Source: Lysobacteraceae bacterium
GTDB taxonomy: Bacteria; Pseudomonadota; Gammaproteobacteria; Xanthomonadales; Xanthomonadaceae
Assembly: GCA_051859045.1 (NCBI GenBank)
Contig: JBHYGK010000007.1
Location: 9,724 to 73,723, forward strand
Direction: 5' to 3'
Length of the DNA: 64,000 nucleotides
Part shown: positions 8,884-16,965 of the stretch, in pieces
How positions within the stretch are numbered: the first letter of the stretch is position 1
Layout: each line of letters begins with the position of its first letter
Translations under genes and position numbers: made by a program
The notes under the pieces: generated by a model
Seen by the model: the letters and a program-made list of their open reading frames with translations, nothing else
What the model was told of the DNA's origin: nothing
The model's database searches: none

Positions 8884-9942
8884 TCAGAACGCCTCGTCGA
8901 AGGCCACCTCGCCCTGCACGCCCACCTGGTAGGCGCTGACCCGGCGCTCGAAGAAGTTGGTCAGCTCCTGCACGTCCTGCAGGTCCATGAAGCCGAAGGG
9001 GTTGGACGCATGCCAGCGCTTGGCGAAGCCCAGCTGCACCAGGCGCTGGTCGCCCACGAAGCGCAGGTACTCGCGCATGTCCGCCAGCGACAGGCCCGCG
9101 ACGCCCATCGCCAGCACGTCGGCGGCGAAGGCCAGCTCGCACTCGATCGCCTCCTCGATCATGCGCGCGGCGTCGGCCTCGAACGCGGCGTCGACCAGGT
9201 CGGGTTCCTCCTCGCGGGCGGTGCGGTAGACCTCCATCGCGAAGGCCATGTGCATCGATTCGTCGCGGAACACCCAGTTGGTGCCGCTGGCCAGGCCGTT
9301 GAGCAGGCCGCGCGAGCGCAGGTAGTAGACGTAGGCGAAGGCGGCGAAGAAGAACAGGCCCTCGATGCAGGTGGCGAAGCAGGCCAGGTTGAGCAGGAAG
9401 GCGCGGCGGTCGGCCTTCGTCTCCAGCCGGCGCAGGCCCTGCACCGAGTCCATCCAGCGGAAGCAGAACTCGGCCTTGCGGCGGATGCTGGGGATGGTCT
9501 CGATGGCGGCGAACGCGCGCGCGCGCTGCTGCGGGTCGGGCAGGTAGGTGTCGAGCAGGGTCAGGTAGAACTGCACGTGCAGCGCCTCCTCGTAGAGCTG
9601 GCGCGAGAGGTACATGCGCGCCTCGGGGGCGTTGACGTGCTGGTAGAGGTTGAGCACGAGGTTGTTGGCCACGATCGAGTCGCCGGTGGCGAAGAACGCC
9701 ACCAGGTGCTCCACGAGGTGGCGCTCGGCGGGGCCGAGCTTGCGCTGGAGGTCGGCCACGTCCTGGGCGAAGTCCACCTCCTCCACCGTCCAGGTGTTGC
9801 GGATGGCGTCGCGGTACATCTCGTAGAAGTGCGGGTAGCGCATCGGCCGCAGGGTCAGCTCGAAGCCGGGGTCGAGCAGGCGGGCGCGGGCCGGGGCCGC
9901 GTCGGCGCGGGCATGGGCGAAGGCGTCGATGGCGGCGTTCAC
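8884..9942 (-). CDS. nrdB: ribonucleoside-diphosphate reductase beta subunit (class Ia R2)
   Basis: GTG start at 9942 overlaps the nrdA stop (GTGA). Di-iron ligand motifs FATGDS, EEALHVQFY (Tyr 4 residues after His, the radical Tyr position), CIEGLFF, RDESMHM. Confidence 0.95.
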   Translation of the reverse strand: MNAAIDAFAHARADAAPARARLLDPGFELTLRPMRYPHFYEMYRDAIRNTWTVEEVDFAQDVADLQRKLGPAERHLVEHLVAFFATGDSIVANNLVLNLYQHVNAPEARMYLSRQLYEEALHVQFYLTLLDTYLPDPQQRARAFAAIETIPSIRRKAEFCFRWMDSVQGLRRLETKADRRAFLLNLACFATCIEGLFFFAAFAYVYYLRSRGLLNGLASGTNWVFRDESMHMAFAMEVYRTAREEEPDLVDAAFEADAARMIEEAIECELAFAADVLAMGVAGLSLADMREYLRFVGDQRLVQLGFAKRWHASNPFGFMDLQDVQELTNFFERRVSAYQVGVQGEVAFDEAF

Positions 9943-12368
9943 TGGCAGGCCTCGCAGGACCCGGGGTTCTCGAGCGAGCACATCACGGCCTCGGCGTCGG
10001 CGGCGGCGGGCGCCGCGGCCTGCGCGGCGGCCACGGTGGTCTTCGCGATCCGCGTCGCCGGGCGCGAGCGCAGGTAGTAGCTGGTCTTCAGGCCCTTCTT
10101 CCACGCGTACATGTACATCGAGCTCAGCGCGCCGATGCTGGGCGTCTCGATGAACAGGTTCAGCGACTGCGACTGGTCGATGAAGGCGCCGCGGTCGGCG
10201 GCCATGTCGATCAGCGCGCGCATCGGCAGCTCCCAGGCGGTGCGGTAGACCTCGCGCAGCGGCGCCGGCAGCTCGGCCAGGCCCTGCACCGAGCCCTCGG
10301 CGCGCTTGATCGCGTCGCGCACCTCCGGCGTCCACAGGCCCAGCCGCTTGAGCTCGTCCACGAGGTAGCGGTTGACCACCACGAAATCGCCCGACAGCGT
10401 CTCGCGCTTGAACAGGTTGCTGACCTGCGGCTCGATGCACTCGTAGCAGCCAGCGATCGAGGCGATGGTGGCGGTGGGGGCGATCGCCACCAGCAGCGAG
10501 TTGCGCAGGCCGTGGGCGCGGATGCGCGCGCGCAGGGCGTCCCAGCGCGCGGGATCGGTGGGCGCCACGCCCCAGGCCTCGAACTGCAGCTCGCCCTCGG
10601 CCGCGCGGGTCTCGGCGAAGCCGGGGTGCGGGCCGTGGCGCTCGGCCAGCTCGCAGCTCGCGGAGAGCGCGTGGAAGTAGATCTCCTCGCTGATGCGCGC
10701 CGACAGCGTGCGCGCCGCGCCGCCGTCGAAGGGCAGGCGCAGCTGGAAGAACACGTCCTGCAGGCCCATCAGGCCCAGGCCCACCGGGCGCCAGTGCAGG
10801 TTGGCGCTGGCGGCCTCGGGGATCGGGTAGAAGTTGAGGTCGATCACGCGGTCGAGCTGGCGCACCGCGCCGCGCACGGTCTCGGCGAGCCGCGCGAAGT
10901 CGACGCCGTCCTCGCCGACGTGGCGCGCGAGGTTCACCGAGCCCAGGTTGCACACCGCGGTCTCGGCGCCCGAGGTGACCTCGAGGATCTCCGTGCACAG
11001 GTTCGACAGGTGCACCACACGGCCCGGCCGCGCGGTCTGGTTGCAGGCGCGGTTGGCCTTGTCCTTGAAGTTCATCCAGCCGTTGCCGGTCTGCGCCAGC
11101 GTGCGCATCATCCGGGCGTAAAGCTCGCGCGCCTGCACCTGCGCGGCGGCCAGGCCCTGCGCCTCGGCCTGCTGGTAGGCGGCGTCGAAATCGGGCCCCC
11201 ACAGGTCGACCAGGTGCGGCACCACCGCCGGGTCGAACAGCGACCACGCGGCGTCGGCCTCCACCCGGCGCATGAACAGGTCCGGCACCCAGTGCGCCAG
11301 GTTGAGGTTGTGCGTGCGCCGGGCCTCGTCGCCGGTGTTGTCGCGCAGCTCGAGGAAGGCCTCGATGTCGGCGTGCCAGGTCTCGAGGTAGACCGCGCAC
11401 GCGCCCTTGCGCTTGCCGCCCTGGTTCACCGCGGCCACCGAGGCGTCCAGCGTCTTGAGCCAGGGCACGATGCCGTTCGAGAGCCCGTTCGTGCCGCGGA
11501 TCAGCGAGCCCTGGCTGCGCACGCGCGAGAACGCCAGGCCGATGCCGCCGCTGAACTTGCTCAGCTTCGCGACGTCGGCGTAGGCCTTGTAGATGCCCTC
11601 CAGCGAGTCGTCCGGCGAGTCGAGCAGGAAGCAGCTCGAGAGCTGCTCGTGCACGGTGCCGGCGTTGAACAGCGTGGGCGAGCTGGGCACGTACTCCAGC
11701 CGGCTGAGCCGGTCGTAGAGCTCGATCGCGTCGGCGGGATCCTCGCTGAGCGCGCAGGCCACGCGCATCCAGAACTGCTGCGGGGTCTCGATGACCTCGC
11801 GCGTGCGCGGATGCCGCAGCAGGTAGCGGTCGTGCAGCGTGCGCAGGCCGAAGTAGTCGAAGGCGCGGTCGCGCCCGGGGCGCAGCGCGTCGTTGAGCTT
11901 GCGCGCGTGCGCCTGCACGAAGCCGAGCAGGCGCGCGTTCGCCAGCCCGAGGCCGTGCGCGTGGGCGATGGCCTGCGAGAACGCGTGCACGCCCTGGCCG
12001 GCCACCTCCTTGGCGATCACCTGCGCCAGCAGGCGCGCGGCGAGCCGGCCGTACTCGGGCTCCTCGGCGGTGAGCGCGGCCGCGGTGCGGATCGACAGCG
12101 CGTCGAGCTCGCGGGTGCTGGCGCCGTCGTAGAGGCCGGAGATGGTGCGGGTGGCCACGCGCATCGGGTCGACGGCGTGCAGGCCGTCGGCGCAGCGGGC
12201 GATGGCGCGGACGATCTTGCCGAGGTCGACCGGCTCCTGGCGGCCGTCGCGCTTGGTGACGCGCATGCCGGGCGCGTCGTGCGGCGGGCGCAGGGCGAAG
12301 GCGGGGTCGGGGGCCGCCACGCGGGCGGCGGCGGGGGCATCGTGCAGCGGGATGGTGGCGGACGTCAT
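9939..12368 (-). CDS. nrdA: ribonucleoside-diphosphate reductase alpha subunit (class Ia R1)
   Basis: ATG 12368 is preceded by GGAG 7 nt upstream. ATP-cone (MRVTKRDGRQEPVDLGKIVRAI) and catalytic-core motifs (SSCFLL, NLCTEI, PTATIASIAG), plus the C-terminal CxxC tail (GSCEACQ). An alternative start is ATG 12266, at the ATP-cone. Confidence 0.95.
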   Translation of the reverse strand: MTSATIPLHDAPAAARVAAPDPAFALRPPHDAPGMRVTKRDGRQEPVDLGKIVRAIARCADGLHAVDPMRVATRTISGLYDGASTRELDALSIRTAAALTAEEPEYGRLAARLLAQVIAKEVAGQGVHAFSQAIAHAHGLGLANARLLGFVQAHARKLNDALRPGRDRAFDYFGLRTLHDRYLLRHPRTREVIETPQQFWMRVACALSEDPADAIELYDRLSRLEYVPSSPTLFNAGTVHEQLSSCFLLDSPDDSLEGIYKAYADVAKLSKFSGGIGLAFSRVRSQGSLIRGTNGLSNGIVPWLKTLDASVAAVNQGGKRKGACAVYLETWHADIEAFLELRDNTGDEARRTHNLNLAHWVPDLFMRRVEADAAWSLFDPAVVPHLVDLWGPDFDAAYQQAEAQGLAAAQVQARELYARMMRTLAQTGNGWMNFKDKANRACNQTARPGRVVHLSNLCTEILEVTSGAETAVCNLGSVNLARHVGEDGVDFARLAETVRGAVRQLDRVIDLNFYPIPEAASANLHWRPVGLGLMGLQDVFFQLRLPFDGGAARTLSARISEEIYFHALSASCELAERHGPHPGFAETRAAEGELQFEAWGVAPTDPARWDALRARIRAHGLRNSLLVAIAPTATIASIAGCYECIEPQVSNLFKRETLSGDFVVVNRYLVDELKRLGLWTPEVRDAIKRAEGSVQGLAELPAPLREVYRTAWELPMRALIDMAADRGAFIDQSQSLNLFIETPSIGALSSMYMYAWKKGLKTSYYLRSRPATRIAKTTVAAAQAAAPAAADAEAVMCSLENPGSCEACQ

Positions 12369-12639
12369 GGCGTGCTCCGTGGATCGGCGGGCGCACGGGT
12401 CGCGGGCCTTCCCTCGAAGGCGCGCGGACGCGGGACCGGGAGCGACGCGGCGGCGCGCGCCCGGCCGCGGGGCGGCAGGCGCAGGCACGCACGTCGGCGC
12501 CACGCCCCCGCGGGCGTCGGGTCTCGTCGATCGGGGCGGCGGGCGCGCGCGGCCGCGGGCGCAGGCGCGCGCGGACCCGTGACGCCGACCGTCCCTCCCT
12601 CGGGGACCCATGGGCCGGACACCGCGCGGTGTGCATCGC

Positions 12640-12830
12640 GCGGCTGTCGGCAGGTCTTCGGGCTCGTGGACGCGGGCGGCGGGTGCCGTCCTCCTACTGG
12701 CCGTCGCTTCCCGGGCCGGGGCCCAGTGCGTGTGACGGCGGTCGTTTCCACATACCGCTGCGGGGCAGCCCCGGAATCGCACCGGGTTCCCGTTTTAAGC
12801 CCGGGGTCACCGGGCACCGACGGACCACAA
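12640..12830 (-). promoter_or_regulatory. cobalamin (AdoCbl) riboswitch in the nrdAB leader
   Basis: Minus-strand RNA: GUCGGUGCCCGGUGACCCCGGGCUUAAAACGGGAACCCGGUGCGAUUCCGGGGCUGCCCCGCAGCGGUAUGUGG...CACUGGGCCCCGGCCCGGGAAGCGACGG...GAGCCCGAAGACCUGCCGAC. It carries the conserved GGGAA..GGUG..AUUCC..GCUGCCCC core, a B12 box (AGCCCGAAGACCUGCC, 12649-12664), and a P1 pairing of GUCGG (12821-12817) with CCGAC (12650-12646). Confidence 0.8.
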
Positions 12831-12858
12831 GCTATAGGGGTCGCCCCGATCGGTCAAC
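12831..12858 (-). promoter_or_regulatory. candidate sigma-70 promoter for the riboswitch-nrdAB transcript
   Basis: Minus strand reads TTGACC-N15-TATAGC (GTTGAC-N16-TATAGC in the alternative register) immediately 5' of the riboswitch P1. Motif-only evidence. Confidence 0.35.
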
Positions 12859-12988
12859 ACAAGATGTGGGTTCACCGACCCCGCGGCGCGCCACCCGGCG
12901 CGCGCGCCTCGCGCCGCGCCGGGCCGGGGCCGCTCTGGCATCCTTGGGGCCCGGGCGCTTCGCGCGCCGCCCCGACCAGGATCCCGCC

Positions 12989-13369
12989 ATGCCCCGCACC
13001 GCCCTCCGCGCCGCCCTGCTCGCCCTCGCCCTGCTTCCCGGCCTGGCCCTCGCGCTGCCGCTGGAGAACAAGTGGCGCCTGCAGTTCAGCGGCAACGCCG
13101 AGTCCGCCGGCGAGGTGGTGCTGGCGATCACCCCGCGCGGGCAGGAAGCGATCGAGGTGCGCGTCGCGATCGTCGAGGGCACCAGCGAGAACGGCGTGGC
13201 CCGCGCCGTGCGCGCCGGCCTGCGCGAGGCGATCGGCGAGGACTTCAAGGTCGAGTCCGACGACGGCGAGGACGTGCTGGTGAAGCGCCGCCTCGGCCGT
13301 CCGCGCTTCAACGTGACCACCGTCGCGATCACCGCCGAGGGCGTGCGGCTGAACCTCGACCAGGAGTGA
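12989..13369 (+). CDS. hypothetical small secreted protein
   Basis: 126 aa with signal peptide MPRTALRAALLALALLPGLALALP. The mature part has alternating beta-strand-like composition and no family I recognise. Coding-like composition differs from the shadow frames. Confidence 0.55.
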   Translation: MPRTALRAALLALALLPGLALALPLENKWRLQFSGNAESAGEVVLAITPRGQEAIEVRVAIVEGTSENGVARAVRAGLREAIGEDFKVESDDGEDVLVKRRLGRPRFNVTTVAITAEGVRLNLDQE

Positions 13370-13373
13370 GGCC

Positions 13374-13709
13374 GTGCCGCGCTTCGTGATCCGCCTGCCC
13401 GACCCGACCCTCGCCCGCGGGGCCGACCCCGCCCTCGCGTTCCGCGCGCACGGCGCCGACGCCTTCGCCGCCGAGCTGGAGGCCGCCCTGCGCGGCGCGA
13501 CGCTGTTCCAGGCCTGGCGCGCCCTGCAGGAGGAGCCCGACGAGGTCGACCCGGCGCTCGGCGCCATCGACCCGGCCGCGCGCGTCCGCGGCCACCAGCG
13601 CGACCTGGCGATCGACCTCGAGGCCGACACGGTGCTCGCCGGGAGCGTGCTGCGGCATCGCCTCGGCCTACTGGCCGGGCGCGGCTGGGAACTGCGCGAC
13701 GTGCGCTGA
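13374..13709 (+). CDS. hypothetical acidic cytoplasmic protein
   Basis: GTG start 4 nt after the previous stop. 111 aa, no signal peptide or TM, no recognisable motifs. Supported only by ORF integrity, tight spacing and non-shadow composition. Confidence 0.4.
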   Translation: MPRFVIRLPDPTLARGADPALAFRAHGADAFAAELEAALRGATLFQAWRALQEEPDEVDPALGAIDPAARVRGHQRDLAIDLEADTVLAGSVLRHRLGLLAGRGWELRDVR

Positions 13710-13736
13710 GCGCGCGTCGCGCGTCGGCGCGCGGCC

Positions 13737-15167
<1,431 letters not shown>

Positions 15168-15289
15168 GGCGTGTCCCCGTGTGGATGCATCCCCGCGCCG
15201 ACCCTAGCAGGCCGCGGGCGGCCACGCAGGGCGTGCGCCGGTCGCGCCCCTCTGGCACCCTGCCCGCCTCGCATCCACGGAGGGATCGC

Positions 15290-15889
15290 ATGCGCTACGC
15301 AGGACGGATCATCGAATGGCGCGAGGAGCAAGGCTTCGGCTTCATCCAGCCCAACGGAGGCGGGGAGCGCCTGTTCGTGCACGCCCGCGCGCTCGGCCCT
15401 GGCGTCGGCCGTGGCGTCGGCACGCTCGTCAGCTATGCCCGGGGGCAGGACGAGCGCGGGCGGCCGAGGGCCGAGGCCGTGCGCCTGCCGCCCGCGGCAC
15501 GCGGGCTCGCCCATGCGCGGCCTGACGCCCCGCCCGGCCGTTGGACGCTGGTTCTGCCGCCCCTGATGGCGGCGCTGCTGTGCGCGCTGTGGTGGCGTGG
15601 CGACCTCGCGGCATGGGTGCCCGGTGCCTACGCGGTGGCAAGCGCGGCGGCCTTCGTCGCGTACTGGCTCGACAAGCGCGCCGCGCGCGCCGGCCGGCAG
15701 CGCACGCCGGAGATGACGCTGCAGCTGCTCGCGCTGGCGGGTGGCTGGCCGGGCGCGGTGCTCGCCCAGCAGGCGTTCCGCCACAAGACCACCAAGGCCA
15801 GCTTCCGGGCCGTGTTCTTCGTCGCCATCGTGCTCAATCTGGTGGGGTTCGCGCTGGTGCTCCGGCCGCCCGCGGGATGGTCCGCATGA
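15290..15889 (+). CDS. cold-shock-domain / DUF1294 membrane fusion protein
   Basis: N-terminal CSD-like OB fold (GRIIEWREEQGFGFIQPNGGGERLFVHARAL). C-terminal membrane domain with the DUF1294-type motif (YWLDKRAARAGRQRTPE...GGWPGAVLAQQAFRHKTTK). Confidence 0.75.
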   Translation: MRYAGRIIEWREEQGFGFIQPNGGGERLFVHARALGPGVGRGVGTLVSYARGQDERGRPRAEAVRLPPAARGLAHARPDAPPGRWTLVLPPLMAALLCALWWRGDLAAWVPGAYAVASAAAFVAYWLDKRAARAGRQRTPEMTLQLLALAGGWPGAVLAQQAFRHKTTKASFRAVFFVAIVLNLVGFALVLRPPAGWSA

Positions 15890-16566
15890 GTGCGCCGACG
15901 CCGGTGCTGCTGTCGTGGTCCGGCGGCAAGGACGCCGCGTGGACGCTGCAGCGCCTGCGCGGCGACCCGGCGGTGGCGGTGGTGGGCCTGCTCACCAGCG
16001 TCAACGCCGAGGCCGGCCGGGTGGCGATGCACGGCATCCGCCGCGACGTGCTGCACGCGCAGGCCGAGGTCGCGGGCCTGCCGCTGCTCGAGGCCCCGCT
16101 GCCCTGGCCCTGCCCCGACGGCGCCTACGAGGCCGCGTTCGCCGACGCGCTGGCCGCGGCCGCCGCGCGCTGGCCGGGGCTGCGCACGATCGCCTTCGGC
16201 GACCTGTTCCTCGAGGACGTGCGCGCCTTCCGCGAGGCGCTGTGCGCCCGGCTGGGCTGGGCCACGCGCTACCCGCTGTGGGGCGAAGGCACCGCGGCGC
16301 TGGCCCGCGCGATGCTGGCCGGCGGCCTGCGCGCGCGGCTGTGCTGCGTGGACACCACCCAGCTCGACGCGCGCTTCGCGGGCGCGGCATTCGACGCGGC
16401 GCTGCTCGACGCGCTGCCGGCGGGCGTGGACCCCTGCGGCGAACGCGGCGAGTTCCACACCCTGGTGGAGGACGGGCCGATGTTCGCGCGGCCGCTGGCG
16501 ATCGCGCCCGGCGAGGTCGTGCTGCGCGACGGCCGCTTCGCGTTCGCCGACGCCGCGCTGGCCTGA
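15886..16566 (+). CDS. PP-loop ATP pyrophosphatase (Dph6/MJ0570-related adenine nucleotide alpha hydrolase)
   Basis: ATGA overlap with the upstream gene. PP-loop SWSGGKDA at the N-terminus and C-terminal CGERGEFHTLV motif, typical of the DUF71/Dph6-related family. Confidence 0.7.
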   Translation: MSAPTPVLLSWSGGKDAAWTLQRLRGDPAVAVVGLLTSVNAEAGRVAMHGIRRDVLHAQAEVAGLPLLEAPLPWPCPDGAYEAAFADALAAAAARWPGLRTIAFGDLFLEDVRAFREALCARLGWATRYPLWGEGTAALARAMLAGGLRARLCCVDTTQLDARFAGAAFDAALLDALPAGVDPCGERGEFHTLVEDGPMFARPLAIAPGEVVLRDGRFAFADAALA

Positions 16567-16575
16567 GCCGCGGGC

Positions 16576-16896
16576 TCAGCGCCGGCGGCGGCTGGCCCGG
16601 CAGGCCGCGAGCTGGCCCTCGAGGGCGACGACCCGGGCCTGCGCCTCGCGCAGCGCGGCGGCGGTGGCGGCCAGCTCGGCGCGCAGCGTGGCGACGGGAT
16701 CCGCGTCCGGGGGGCGCGACACGACCACGGCATGCGCGGTCTCCGCCACGTGGCGCGCCATGAGGTGGGCGAGCACCGGATTGTCCACGCTTGCGCCGAG
16801 CAGCGCCGCCAGGCGCGCGCGCTTCGCGTCCTCGTCGCCATCGTGCTTGCGGGCCTCGGCGATCAGCGCGGCGATCAGGGCGGCCTGTGTGTCCAT
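16576..16896 (-). CDS. hypothetical small helical/coiled-coil protein
   Basis: 106 aa, 69 nt downstream of ppc on the same strand. The C-terminal half (ATLRAELAATAAALREAQARVVALEGQLAA) is coiled-coil-like. No family recognised. Confidence 0.4.
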   Translation of the reverse strand: MDTQAALIAALIAEARKHDGDEDAKRARLAALLGASVDNPVLAHLMARHVAETAHAVVVSRPPDADPVATLRAELAATAAALREAQARVVALEGQLAACRASRRRR

Positions 16897-16965
16897 GCGG
16901 AAAGCTCCGGGGAATGCCCGACGGAAGACGCGAACCGCGCGAGGACGCGGCCATCGCGCGCGGCC

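Noticed and set aside
8884-12636. Single 1250-aa ORF spanning both RNR genes.
   Set aside because: Only the last 352 aa (from GTG 9942) are NrdB. Upstream this frame runs out of frame through nrdA and encodes Arg-rich junk. nrdA is the 9939-12368 frame.
12369-12782. In-frame N-terminal extension of nrdA (ATG 12611 or the ORF start at 12782).
   Set aside because: The extension would translate the riboswitch and its GC-rich spacer into an Arg/Pro-rich peptide. ATG 12368 has a GGAG RBS, and the homologous ATP-cone begins shortly after it.
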